In this document: piece after piece, positions 25,785 to 38,295 of the stretch
Numbering within the stretch: position 1 is the stretch's first letter
How the letters are laid out: every line of letters begins with the position of its first letter
Assembly (NCBI RefSeq): GCF_030684315.1
Contig: NC_081362.1
Coordinates: 96,083,187 to 96,147,186 of the forward strand
Length of the DNA stretch: 64,000 bases
Origin: Stegostoma tigrinum
Taxonomy: Eukaryota
Reading direction: 5' to 3'
Position numbers and translations under genes: made by a program
The notes under the pieces: model-generated
Seen by the model: the letters and a program-made list of their open reading frames with translations, nothing else
What the model was told of the DNA's origin: nothing
Database searches by the model: none

Positions 25785-26999
25785 TGGACAGTCATTGTCA
25801 ATTTCCAATGTCCATGAAATTGAACTTCTGGATCGGCTGAATGTCATTTTCTCAACTTACATTTCATGTTCTTTATTAAAGGGGAAGAATTTGAGTCTCT
25901 CCTCACTCCCTTTTTCTCTTTCACTTTCCTCTTCTCAGGATCACAGAGGCACAGGAATGTTGTGGTACCCAAGGAGGCCATTCAGCCCATTGTGCTTGCA
26001 TTGGTTCCAGTGTTGAGTACCAATATCCTGCCTTTTCTCCATACAACTGCACATTTCAATCCAAATCTCAATTGAACCTGCCTCCTTTACATTTCCAGGC
26101 AGTCGATTCCATACCCCAAATACTTGTGTGAAACATCTTTTTCTCACATCACCTTTGCTTCATTCTCTCCCTCCAACATTCTCTCCTCTCCCTCCCATTG
26201 TCTCTATCCAGTCCCTCTCTATTTGCCTCTCCCCGCTCTTCCTCTCTCTCTCTCTCTCTGCCACTTCCTCAGTCTTTCCACTCTCTCTGTTCTTTCTCCT
26301 TTCCGTTTTCTCTCTGCTCATTCTCTGACATCCCAATTCCTTCACCTCATGTGCGCTTTTCTGTCCTTGCTCCCTCCGTTTCTCCCCTTTTCTGTTTGTC
26401 TCCTCTTTTCCCTTCTTCTCCAACACCTTTTGTCTCTCAAATCCTGGTGAATCTAAATTGGACAATCTGTATTTGTTTGTGATAAGTCAGATGAATGATC
26501 TCTAGACCCACAGACCAGGCATTGATTTTCAAAGAATGAACTAAATGATGTTTGTAATGAAACTATTTAGCCATGGCAGAGTCTGTAAATCCCATTATGA
26601 ACACATTAGGCTGACACAATAGCACTTCCAATAAATTGTATCTTTTACTGTAATTTTGCATTAGTCTAGATGCAATCACCAGTCTAATTGTGCAGTCTGT
26701 CAACACAACTGGGAATAACTTTCACAGTCAGAGTGGCACTAAAGGGGGCTATTTGGCTTATTTAATCCATGCTGACGCTCAGTGGAGAAAGCCAAAGTCC
26801 CATTTTCATAACCTTGCAAGTTTATTTCCCTCTTGTGTGCTGATTGGTAGAGTGGTTGAGGAGCGTTTAAACTGGTGTGGTAGGGGGATGGGAACCAGTG
26901 AAGTAGGGCAGTAGATGCAGAAATTGAAGGAGAGGAAGAAACCGGAGCAAACATGACTAACAACAGGAACAGGCTGCTGAACAGAGCAGGGGAGGTCGA

Positions 27000-28430
27000 C
27001 TGAAATGCAGGTGTTACAATGCGAGAAATATAATAGGCAAGGCAGATGAATTTAGATCTTTGGTTAGTACTTGGAACTATGACATTATTGTGATTAAGGA
27101 GGCTTGGCTGAAAGAGAGACAAGACTGGCAGCTGACCGTCCCAGGATTTAGATGTTTCAGGTGAGATAGAAGTGGATGTAAAAGGAGTGGAAGAGTTACA
27201 TCACTAATAATGGAGTAACTCAACAGCTGTAATGACGGAGAATATATTAAAGGATTAAGGCAGCGAGGCAACATGGGTACAACTCAGAATAGGGAAGGTG
27301 AAATGACAATGCTGAGGTATACTACAGCCTCCCAACAGCCAATGGGAGATAGAGGAGAGAATATGTGCACAGATTTTGGAAAGATGCAAAAACAGCAGCG
27401 TTGCTGTGTTGGATGACTTTATCTTCCCCTGTATTGACTGGGACTTATTTAGTGCTCAGGGCTTGGATGGCTTCAGGACTGTTTTTTGACACAGTGTGTA
27501 ATCAGTTCAACCAGGGAAGGGGTCATACTAGAAGTGGTTTTGGGAAATCAGCCCAGTCAGGTGAGTGAAGTTTCAGTGGAGGAGCATTTTGGGAGTAATG
27601 ACCATAATGTCGTCAGTTTTAAGATATGCATGGATAGGGGTGACAGCAGTCCTTGGGTGACAGTCTTAAATGGGGAGAAGATGAACTACAACTATATTAG
27701 GCAGGAACTGGAGAATATTGATCAGAGTTTGAGGGTAAATCCACATTGGACACGTGGGAGTATTTCAAATGGCAGTTGATAAGAGATTAAGGAGCTGCAA
27801 GTTCCTGTTGGAATGAATGATGGGTATGGCAACTTACATGAACCTAGGATGACCTTGGTCACAAAGAAAAGGGAACCATACATAAGGTCTAGGAGGATGG
27901 GAACTATCAAAGCTTTTAAAGTATATAAGGAAAGTAGGAAAGAGCTTAACAAAGGAATTAGCAGGGCTAAAAGGCGTCATGGAAATTAATTGGCATACAG
28001 GATTAAGGAGGATCACAAGGCTTTTTATACATATATAAAAAGCAAGAAGGTAGCCAGGGAAAGGGTTGGCTCATTCAAGGATGAAGAAGGGAATCTATGT
28101 GTGGAGCCCAAAGAAGCAGCTAAGGTCCTGAACAAATTCTTTGCGTTGGTATTCACCAAAGAGAAGGAATTGGTGGAGGATGATCTCGGGGAAGGGAGTG
28201 TCAAGTTTCTAAGCCAAGTTGCTATTAAAAACTAAGAGGTGTTGTTCATCTTAAAAAGTATTAAGGTAGTTATACCCCCCAAGTCCTGATGGGATCTATC
28301 CAGAATATTGGGAGAGGGAAGAGAATAAATTGCTGGAGCATTGACAGACATCTTTGCATTCTCTTTGGCCTGGTGAGGTCCCAGAAGACTGGAGAATAGC
28401 CAATGCTGTCCTATTGTTTAAGAAGTGTGA
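27000..28430 (+). mobile_element. Degenerate CR1 ORF2 5' part (APE endonuclease region)
   Basis: TREGVILEVVLGN..EHFGSNDHNVVSF, KAFYTYIKSKK..GNLCVE..LNKFFALVFT, SPGPDG-like and PEDWRIANAV remnants. Confidence 0.8.
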
Positions 28431-29938
28431 ATATTGAGTTTCCTTGAAAAATAACCAATTTTCCTTTCAACTCCGCCTTCATTCTGCTGCATCAACATCG
28501 CTCCAACCCCTACATCACTGGCATCGATAGCGACATTCAAGGGTGTTGAGAAATTTGGTGTGGCTAGACCTGGTGCAATGGTTAACTCAGCCTTTAAATT
28601 CTCAAATACCTCCTGGAATTGTTCTTTCCACCAGTATTTATGTTCTTCTTTAGCAAATCAGTCAGTGGTACTACCACGCTACTAAAGTTTGGTACAACCT
28701 TCCAGTAGAATCCACTCAGTCCCAAAAATTGAAGCATCTCTTTTGTCAAATATGGTCCTAGAAATTCCTTGATGGCCTTTCATCGCAACTTTCCTCAGGG
28801 TCATCCTTCCATGAGTGAGTTGTGTCCCAAGCACATCACCTCTGCCTTCGCATGTCCAGGTTTTGCCTCCTATAGTTTTTCAAAGACCTCTGCCAAATGC
28901 ACCGTGTGGTCTTTCCATGAATGGTTAAAAACTCATCTATACAGACAGCACAATTAGTCAATCCTGCCAGAACTCTGTTCATAAGTCATTGAAACGTTGC
29001 TGGTATGTTCTTCATTCCAAAGGGCATTAATTTAAATTGATACAGCCCATTTGGGGTTACAAACGCAGAAACGTCTTTCACTCTCTCCCACAAAGGTACT
29101 TGCCAGTAACCACAAAGTAAGTCTAACTTTATGATGTAAGTGGCTTGTCCAACTTTTCCCACAAAGTCCTCCAGCCTGGATATGTGTCTGATTTAGTTAT
29201 GGAGTCCAGGCAGAATCTTTGAGTACCATCAGGGTCTAGGCCCGAAATGCCAGCCTTCCTGCTCCTCTGATGCTGCTTAGTCTGCTGTGTTCATCTAGCT
29301 CTACACCTTGGTGTCTCAGATTCTCCAGCATCTGCAGTTCCTACTGTCTCTGGGCAGCAAACTCCATTCACTTTGACTTGGCTCGATGTTGTCTTCTTGG
29401 AGCATCACTTGCACTCCCTCTATACCTGTGCAGCTTTGGGATAATTAAACTTGTAGGGATGTTGTTTTATCAGAACAGCATTCCCTACTTCAACCTCATG
29501 TACTATAATATTAGTCTTCCGCATTCTATTCCTATTATGTCCTCATATTGCTACAATAAGTCTTTCAATTCAGTTCTCTGATCCTGAGACAAATAGCTCA
29601 CTATCTATCCCATTCTCCAAGGACTTCCTCATTATTTAGCTTATTTTGAGGCACATCAAACTCCAAATCATCTGGAGTTGATTCCTCACTCTGAAAAGTA
29701 GTAATGAATACCTGTTCCTCTAGTTCCCTGTCTCTGTCATCGTAAGATTTCAGCATATTCACATGACATATCTGATAAAGTGTTTTCCTATCTGGCATCT
29801 TTACCAGATAATTCACCTCACTCAACTTCTCCTCAATCTGATAAAGACCACTAAACCTTGCTTTGAAGATATCGCCTACCACTGATAACAACACCAATAC
29901 TTTGTCTCCATGGGCAAATACATAAACTCTAGATTGCT

Positions 29939-30126
29939 AGATAACAAAGTGTGAAGCTGGATGAGCACAGCAGGCCAAGCAGCATCTCAGGAGCACAAAA
30001 GCTGAAGTTTCGGGCCTCGACCCTTCATTGTCAACTTTTGTGCTCCTGAGATGCTGCTTGGCCTGCTGTGTTCATCCAGCTCCACACTTTGTTATCTTGG
30101 ATTCTCCAGCATCTCCATTATCTCCG
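29939..30126. mobile_element. Miniature inverted pair of Penelope tails inserted in the Gypsy element
   Basis: Minus tail followed by plus tail; ACTCTAGATT at 29926-29935 and 30127-30136. Confidence 0.7.
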
Positions 30127-30612
30127 ACTCTAGATTTCTTATCTGCTACTTGCTTCATGAGATGCTATGTCACCCACTGAAGTTGTCTAGCTCATCTATT
30201 CTGTTTAAATTTTCTCTCAACTCAGATACATAATCCAACTGTGAGATTTCTGATGTCAGACCTATCACCTTTTCTGTAATTAATTTTAAAGGCCCTCTCA
30301 TTTCATGTCCAAATATCAACTCAAATAGAGTGTACTGAGATGATTCATTTGGGGCATTTCTAACGGTAAACAATATAAATGGGATACCTTTATCCCAAAC
30401 ATTTGGCATGACCCTTGGCATGGTCTTTAGAGTCTGATGCCACCTTTGTAATGCTCCCTGGAATTCAGGGTGGTATGCACTTGATTTAAAGTGTTGGATG
30501 CCTGAACTATTCATGGCTTCTTAAACAGTTTGGCGGTAAAATTAGACCCTTGGTCTGAATGAATCTCTCTGGATAATCCATAACAGGTAAAGTAAGCAAG
30601 CAACTCCTCCAC

Positions 30613-31440
30613 GATAACAAAGTGTGAAGGCTGGATGAACACAGCAGGCACAGCAGCATCTCAGGAGCACAAAAGCTGACGTTTCGGGCCTAGACCCTTC
30701 ATCAGAGAGGGGGATGGGGAGAGGGAACTGGAATAAATAGGGAGAGAGGAGGAGGTGGATCGAAGATGGAGAGAAAAGAAGATAGGTGGAGAGAGTATAG
30801 GTGGGGAGGTAGGGAGGGGATAGGTCAGTCCAGGCAAGATGGACAGGTCAAGGAGGCGGGATGAGGTTAGTAGGTAGGAAATGGAGGTGCAGCTTCAGGT
30901 GGGAGGAAGGGGTGGGTGAGAGGAAGAACAGGTTAGGGAGGCAGAGACAGGCTGGGCTGGTTGTGTGGTGCAGTGGTGGGAGGGGACGAACTGGGCTGGT
31001 TTTGGGATGCAGTGGGGGAGGGGGAGATTTTGAAGCTGGTGAAGTCCACATTGATAACATTTGGCTGCAGGGTTCCCAAGCGGAATATGAGTTGCTGTTC
31101 CTGCAACCTTCGGGTGGCATCATTGTGCACTGCAGGAGGCCCATGATGGGCATGTCGTCTGAGGAATGGGAGGTGCAGTTGTTTGTTGCGAACCGAGTGG
31201 AAGTGTTCTGCAAAGCGGTCCCCAAGCCTCCGCTTGGTTTTCCCGATGTGGAGGAAGCCACACCGGGTGCAATGGATACAATATACTACATTGGCAGCTG
31301 TGCAGGTGAACATCTGCTTGATATGGAAGGTCTACTTGGGACCTGGGATGGGGGTGAGGGAGGAGGTGTGGGGGCAAGTGTAGCACTTCCTGCGGTTGCA
31401 GGGCAAGGTCCCAAAACCAGCCCAGTTCTTCCCCTCCCCG
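30613..31440 (-). mobile_element. Penelope 3' fragment (GIY-YIG + tail)
   Basis: ORF 30933..31313 FTCTAANVVYCIHC..HIGKTKRRLGDRFAEH. Confidence 0.88.
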
Positions 31441-31589
31441 TGTTCAGGTTTTTCCTTTACCATTTCATCAAACTGGTGTAAGCAAACTGGACCTCAACTC
31501 CTTCATCTCTCTTCAATTTTTTCCTTCTTGCTGTAACTTATGATGATGGGATCTTGTTAACACACAGTTGGCAAAAATTCCAGGGTATG

Positions 31590-31925
31590 GGGCAGCATGG
31601 TACCTCAGTGATCAGCATTGCTGCCTCACAGCACCAGGAATCCGGGTTCAATTCCAGCCTTGGGTGTCTGCCTGCATGGAATTTGCATGTTCTCTGTGTG
31701 GGTTTCCTCTGGGAGCTCTGGTGTCCTCCCACAGTCCAAAGATGTGCGGGTTGGGTGGATTGGCTGTGCGACTTTGCACATAGCGCCCAGCAATGTTTAG
31801 GTTAGGTAGGTTAAACATGGGAAATGCAAGCTTAGGGGAATGGGACTGGGTGGGATGCTCTTCAGAGGGGTGGTGTAGACCTGTTGGGCTGAATGTCCTG
31901 TTTCCACACTGTAGTGATTCTATGA
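31590..31925 (+). mobile_element. HE1-like tRNA-derived SINE
   Basis: A-box-like TGGTACCTCAGTG, B-box GGTTCAATTCC, body GTGGGTTTCCTCTGGGAGCTCTGGTGTCCTCCCACAGTCCAAAGATGTGCGGG. Confidence 0.75.
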
Positions 31926-34225
31926 TGTTTCTTCCAACTTCTCAGTTCCATGGTTTTCCTTCGGCTTCTCCACTAGAAGGGGCATCACTCCCACCTTTGA
32001 TCCTGCTAGGTTGTTACCAAACTGTATTCCTGGAATAGATACTCTGTTCAATTACTCTCACTTCCCCAGTCCCTACTGGGCTTTCTAAACTGCTCTTATA
32101 CAGGGGAATGCTAAATCTCTCTCCACTTATTCCACAGATTACCACTTTCTTGGGCACCATTTGAGAAGGAATGCAAATACTTTCATTTCATACTTTTAGA
32201 GACTGGTTATATACCATTTCTCTCAATATTTTAACTTCTTCCCCTGCTCTTCCTGAGTAAACCTTACCAACAGGAGTGAACTCTTTGTTGAGATGGGGCA
32301 TTGCCTCAATATCCAACCCGTGACGATGCTGTGCATCCTTCTGCAGCTCTTCAACTTCTTTTGGAATTTCCTTCGCTACCTCAACTAATGCCACTGGTTC
32401 AGCTTTTTTTACTAAATCCTTTTTTCCAGTGCCTTTCTTAAACCACCAGCACTGTGACTTTATGTGTCCCACTCCATTACAGTGAAAACACCTGAGGGCT
32501 TTCATCTCCCTTCCATCCCATTGGATTTCATTTTCCACCTGTGGTAAACTGTTCCCAGTGTGATCTACTTTTTGTTTTCCATTGAAGGATCTCCCTTTTA
32601 CCCACTTTCTATCCCGCATGGAATGAAATTGCTGTCAGAAGCAAAATTTCGATTTATGCACTAATGCATATTCATCCTTCATCTCTACAGCTCTTCTCAC
32701 TGTTTGAACTTTCCATTCTTCGACACAAGTTCTTATCACTTCTGGAAGTGAGTTTTTGAACAGCAGCTTAATAATCTCTCCAAGATCCTCATATGTCTTT
32801 TCTATTTTTAATGCTCGCACCCATCTATCGAAGTTGCAGTATTTAATTCTTTCAAACTCGATACAAATTTGGTCTGAATTAACATTACTCACACAGTCTC
32901 TGACCAATTCATCTACCTCGCCAATTTCTCCAAAGAGATAAAAAAGGTTTCTATATCTTTTTCCTCGAATTTTGGTAAAGTTTGGACATATTTGTATATA
33001 ACCTTGTCAGGCCACATTGAGTCTGCTCATCCTCACATCCATCTCGTACTTTTCCTTCTGCTATTTGAAGTCTTTTTGCTTCTAGTTCCAACTTCATCTT
33101 TTACAATTCAGTCTTTCCCTTCCTTCTTTTTTTTTTCTTTTCTCTCTCTTTCTTTTACCTTCTCTTCTCAGCCTCTCTATCTGTATTATCTCAGTTTGAA
33201 ACCATAATGCAAACTGTTTCAATTCCCTTTCATTCTTTAACTCCGGGTGTCTTATTTGCAATTTATTTTTTTCCACCTCCCCTGCACTTTCCTGTTTCTC
33301 TGGTTTATATAAATGCTTAACTAACTCCTTTACAATTTCAGCTTTCCTCTTGTCCCCAGTTAAACCCAATTACAACCTGTTTGCTAATTCTAAAATTTCT
33401 TCAGTTTTTCTAAATGTTTTTGGCAAATTTGGGCATCGTCTTCCAAATATTTAAATGTGTTAAAAGCAATTTCCCTCATGTATGATTTAACCAACCATGA
33501 GTAACCAAAATTAAACAGATTGTTCTCACATAAGTTTTAGTTAAAGATCTAGGACAGTAACCACAAGTCTGTTTAAACCTGACCAAATCTATTCAGATCT
33601 GTTCAGATCCCATATATGAACCAGCCAGATCCTAGACTTCAGCCCCCAAATTATTAGAGAGAAGGGGAGTACAATGAAAGAAAATCCATTATTGTCGTTT
33701 TATAAGTAACAAGTAACTATTTATTTACTTAATCCTAACAGTGAACAAATTAACAGAATTACTAACAAACTGAACAATTCCCCCTTAACTAATAACTATT
33801 CCCTAACTGAACTAAATTCTTCTGGAATGCTGTTCCAATAAACACAAGTCCCACTTATATAAACCCAAGTAATAAAAAAAATTAAAACTTAATCTCTCAA
33901 AGTGTCTCAAAGTCCACTTGACTTTCTTCAGCTGCTCTTAAGCCATAAGTGCCTTTTTTCTTCTGATCCGGCTATCAGGGATGTTTTCTCTGCGAAATCT
34001 TCTGCGATGATTCTTCACCCGAAGTGCTGTAGCACCTTTTATGGATGAATGGTGCTTTCTTAGAGAGATTAGCTAGTTCTTGTGGGAGCCAGATGCTTAT
34101 TTATCAGGTGGCCATTGGATCTCTCACTGATTTTCAAAACCGTCCTCCTTATAAATCTCGGATGACGTATCAATTTTCTTACATTAACATTGGTCCAAGG
34201 TTGTCAAAACCATCAGTTCTAAATT

Positions 34226-34602
34226 CAGCCCAGGGAAGACGGACAGGTCAAGGAGGTGGGATGAAGTTAGTAGGTAGATAGGAGTGTGGCTTGGGGTGAG
34301 AGGAAGGGATGGGTGAGAGGAAGAACCGGTTAGGGAGGCAGAGACAGGTTGGACTGGTTTTGGGATGCAGTGGGTGGGGAGGAAGAGCTGGGCTGGTTGT
34401 GTGGTGCAGTGGGGAGAGGGGACGAACTGGGCTGGTTTAGGGATGCAGTAGGGGAAGGGGAGATTTTGAAACTGGTGAAGTCCACATTGATACCATATGG
34501 CTGCAGGGTTCCCAGGCGGAATATGAGTTGCTGTTCCTGCAACCTTCGGGTGGCATAATTGTGGCAGTGCAGGAGGCCCGTGATGGACATGTCATCTAGA
34601 GA
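34226..34602 (-). mobile_element. Neptune-type Penelope 3' fragment
   Basis: ORF 34330..34590 is near-identical to the C-terminus of 14957..16747. Confidence 0.88.
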
Positions 34603-35205
34603 GTGGTCCGGGTAGCCTGGCAGTCGGACCCCTTGGCATCAGGGTAGCCCACAAACCCACCAACACACCAAAACAGCAGCTAATGAACTTAAAAGACCCT
34701 GTACAGACAACAAGCAAAATGAAAGTCATCTGCAAAATACCTTGCAAGAACTGTGACAAACACTACATTGGACAAACTGGCAGAAAGCTAGCCACCAGGA
34801 TACATGAACGTCAACTAGCCACAAAACGACATGACCCACTATCACGCGTATCCTTACATACAGATGAGGCAGGACACCACTTTGATTGGGACAACACATC
34901 CATCCTAGGACAAGCCAAACAGAGACACGCACGAGAATTCCTAGAAGCATGGCATTCCAACCGGAACTCCATCAACAAACACATTGATTTGGAGCCAATC
35001 TACCATCCCCTTAGAAAAAGAACAGGAAATGACATCACCAACGCAGGAAATGACATCGCCAACCCAAGGAAACCTAACCAGATAAATAGAAAGCGGGACA
35101 TAACACCAGCGCTTCGTTGGAGGCTCACTGATGATGTTACCTAGAATGGTGACGAAACGTCTGAAAACGAACCTTCCAGCTCAGCGAGCAAACTCACATG
35201 CAGAA
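34603..35205 (+). mobile_element. Second Penelope clade (Poseidon-like) 3' fragment: GIY-YIG + hammerhead
   Basis: ORF 34683..35144 KVICKIPCKNCDKHYIGQTGRKLATRIHE..REFLEAWHS..INK; hammerhead core at 35128. Confidence 0.8.
35125..35165 (+). ncRNA. Minimal hammerhead ribozyme (Penelope-associated)
   Basis: TCA-CTGATGA-T-GTTACC-TAGAAT-GGTGAC-GAAAC-GTC-TGA: conserved core, 6-bp stem II, GUC cleavage triplet, TCA/TGA stem I. Confidence 0.7.
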
Positions 35206-36733
35206 CTCATTTTATTGGCTGAGGAACTTATCTCAAGTCTGTTTTGTTGATCCTCTTATTTCATGGCCATCAATTTATTCAATTGGACTAAAGACAGAGG
35301 ATTAATTTAGGGATTCTCTGGTTTTAAATAATAGAAAATCTGACACCTTTTCCCAATCCTTTAATCACTCCTATCAATGGGCTTTGATCATGGTTTATTT
35401 AGAGTCTTCTTAACTATCCTGTCTACATGTTACACAAACTTACTCCCCGTGCTTTCTAAATTCTCATCAAAATCATTTGTATAAATGACAAATAAAAGTG
35501 GATCAAGCTCTGATCCTGTGTAACACTGATAGTAACATGGCTTCAACCCAAAATAAAAACTTCACCACCACTCCTTGACTCCTCCTGTTAACTCAACTTT
35601 AAGAGGGTTCTGCTATAACGTGTGTTCCGGCAATGCAAATTGGCTATAACACAATTGACAAATAGGGGAATGCTACGCCTAAAATGTGAACTTGTGTTGG
35701 CAATAACGTGAGTCCATCAGTCAGCATCTTGTTATCAGGAGCCCTTTGCTAAAGGTTCCTACAGTGTACTTGTGATCAGGATCTAGCTGGAAGGAGGATA
35801 TGAAGAAGGCAATGTTCACGATTTGAGGGGGACACTGCCTACAGTTGCTGTAATCTACTGATGCTCAGGCTGGTATCATGTGGCTCATCATGGCTCTACG
35901 TTCACCCTTTTAGACTAGCACTTCAAGCAAGCTCCAGTAGGTCATGGTTGAGATGTATCTCAATTCCATTTACGTATCTTTGCTCCATAACCGTCACATG
36001 TAAAATACTCATTCTTGTTATCAAATCTTCTGCAGCCTTACTAACCTAGATTTCTGTATTCTCAAACAATCCCACAACTCCCTCTGATAGACCTGTGTAC
36101 TTCCAGTTTCAGCCTCTTGCACACCTGATTTTCATTGCTATACCATACTTACCTTATTCGCAGCTGCCCAACTCCAAAGTTTTGCCATTTCCTCTCTCGT
36201 CTTCTCAAAAACATTCCTGAAACTGACTTCAACCATCAGCTTTCCTCATCTGGCCTGGTGTTGGTTCTTGTTCAGTATTCCGGAGTAACTGGTTGCTTCA
36301 TTCAATTCATCCATACAATGGTTTGGCCTCAGCTGTTTCCTGTGGCAGAGTATTTCACAGGCTCCCCACTTGCTGGGTGAAGACAATTCTTCTCAAGGGC
36401 TACTTGAGATGAACAACAAGTGCTGGCATGGCCATGTCACAAGAATGGCTGAATCTGTACCAGATAGAGACAGGAGAATGTTAAACACAGCACTGAGAGA
36501 AAACAAGATGAAGAAGCAGAAAGACAGGGAGAAGAGAAAAAGTTTGTGATTTAGGAACTAGTCCTAGAGAAGAAACAGTTTATTCTACCAGTGGGTATAA
36601 CAAGAGGAAATTTTACATTAACATCAAGCTCTCTGCTTTCTCTTTGCCAGAGGAATTTAATGCATTCTGCTCTCCAGTAAATCCATGTGGAAGGGTTTGC
36701 TGCGCAGGATTATTTAAGGTAAACAGGATTTAC

Positions 36734-37077
36734 CAGTTACAGTCAGCTGGGATCCATTCCCACTGATACCTCCCCACACTTTACAGTAATAGACGCCAGT
36801 GGCACTGGGCTGCACGTTTGTGATGGTCAGAATGAAGCTGTTATTGGAGGCGTCTCTGAAGACTGGAATTGCTCAGTGAATCCTGGGCTCCACTGTGTGT
36901 TGTTCCTCACATCATGCGTGAAAATCCATTCCATGTTGTTCCCCGGTTGCTCCCAGTGCCAGTGAATGTTGGTGTATATCACTGCAGCATTCCTCCTGGT
37001 GCACTGTAACCGGGCAATGTGACCCTCAGTGACACGTTCCAGGATCAGAGACTGGAGAAGGGCTGAGGCATTTGCAT
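36734..37077 (-). pseudogene. Pseudogenised germline-joined VJ-type Ig domain exon
   Basis: ANASALLQSLILERVTEGHIARLQCTRRNAAVIYTNIHWHWEQPGNNMEWIFTHDVRNNTQWSPGFTEQFQS/fs/RDASNNSFILTITNVQPSATGVYYCKVWGGISGNGSQLTVT, donor G|GTAAAT. It is 344 nt versus 345 nt for the paralogue (1-nt deletion near 36858). The acceptor reads tcg| instead of ag|. 66/114 aa identical to 62301-62645 by manual alignment. Confidence 0.88.
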
Positions 37078-37603
37078 CGAGCAGATAAAGATATTGAATG
37101 AATCAATTCTGAGGAAAGCCACTGGACCAGAAGCATTAACTCTAATTTCTCTCTGCAGATGCTGCCAGATTTGCTGAGCTTTTCCAGTATTTTCTGTTTT
37201 TGTTTCCAGCATCGTCAGTCCTTTTGGCTTTTTATGAATAAATCTACAACAGTCTGAAGTTTTTGAAGGGCTCCAATTTAGAGTGAAAAGAAAGGGCAGA
37301 TTGTAAGAGTGGGTTTAATTCTTCAAATTAAACAAGACGTTTTAGACCATAAGGCCACAGGATATCGGAGAATTTGACCATTCTGCCCGTTGAGCTTGCT
37401 CTGCCATTCGATCATGGCTGGCATGTTTCTGAAGCCCATTCTCCTGCCTTTAGCCTGTAATCTCTACTCATCAGGAACTGAAGTATCTCTGTCTTAAATG
37501 CACTCAATAACTTGGCCTCCACAGCCCTCTGCAGCAACGTGTTCCACACATTCATCTCCCTGAAGCTGAACAAATTCCTCCTCATTTCAGGACTAAAGGG
37601 TCA

Positions 37604-38293
37604 TGCATTCATTCCGAGGCTGTGCCCTCAGGTCCTAGTCTCTCCTATTAGTGGAAACATTTTCACCATGACCACTCTATCAGGGCCTCTTAGTATTCAG
37701 TCTGTTTCAATCAGATTCCACCTCATCCTTCTAATCTCCATCAAGTACAGAGCCAAAGGCATCAACTGCTCCTCAAATGACAGCCCTTCATCCCCAGGAT
37801 CCTTAATATTAACCTACTTTGAACCCCCGACCCCCACCACAACACCAGCACGTCCAGCCTTTGAGTCAATTTGTAGAAATAAAGGGCTGGACAATCAGTG
37901 AAAAAATAGTTTTAGTCAATTCAGAACATGTGAGGTTCTGAGAATTCAGTCTCAAAAGGAAAGCCATTTCCTTCAGCTTCAAATCAAGCAGGTAAAGCAA
38001 TAAAGATTTAGAGAGACTATCAAAAAGTCAATCACTGATGCTGCCAGATGGTCCTCTTTGATTTTCTGCAGGATTAATGGAGGGAAAATATTCATTGGAG
38101 ATATTAACAGAGATTGAAAAATGGGAGAAATATCCACAAATGATTTCTGACTGTGTTGTGACAAGATCACAGGTTCACGGAGTTAGACACATAGAACAAG
38201 GAATCTATCGGACATTGATTTGGGTTGGAGTTTCTGCAATCAGAATCAATTTTCAGAAACAGAAAAGAATGAAGGAAAGACAATGTGGCTGGT
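37604..38293. repeat. High-identity inverted duplicate of 63305-64000
   Basis: Track ORFs 38077..38304(+) and 63327..63527(-), and 37979..38170(-) versus the plus strand at ~63430-63620, give near-identical sequence. Confidence 0.92.
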
Positions 38294-38295
38294 AT

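Larger units (their letters stand above)
28430..34225 (-). mobile_element. Degenerate Gmr1-like Ty3/Gypsy LTR retrotransposon (gag-IN-RT-RH order), interrupted by Penelope and SINE insertions
   Basis: Minus-strand order: putative LTR ~34225-33655; tRNA-Pro-like PBS TGGGGGCT at ~33640-33648; gag with SCAN-like capsid segment (32635..32907) and CFHCNGVGHIKSQC knuckle; integrase SSAYHPE.QG..RWHQTLK (30170..30514) and GPY/F-like region (29601..29897); RT KLDLLCGYWQVPL..TPNGLYQFKLMPFG (~29150-28940); RNase H AIDASDVGVGAML (~28540-28490). Confidence 0.85.

Noticed and set aside
26124-26482. Hydrophobic Leu/Ser-rich ORFs (also 11739..12086 and 57236..57588)
   Set aside because: Translation of CT-rich low-complexity DNA.
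36436-36491. Minus-strand acceptor after the pseudo-V giving VLCLTFSCLYLVQIQPFL*
   Set aside because: Too short and atypical for a TM exon; only a polypyrimidine tract supports it.
37070-37077. Perfect Ig octamer ATGCAAAT
   Set aside because: Lies within the first codons of the V exon, not in a promoter.
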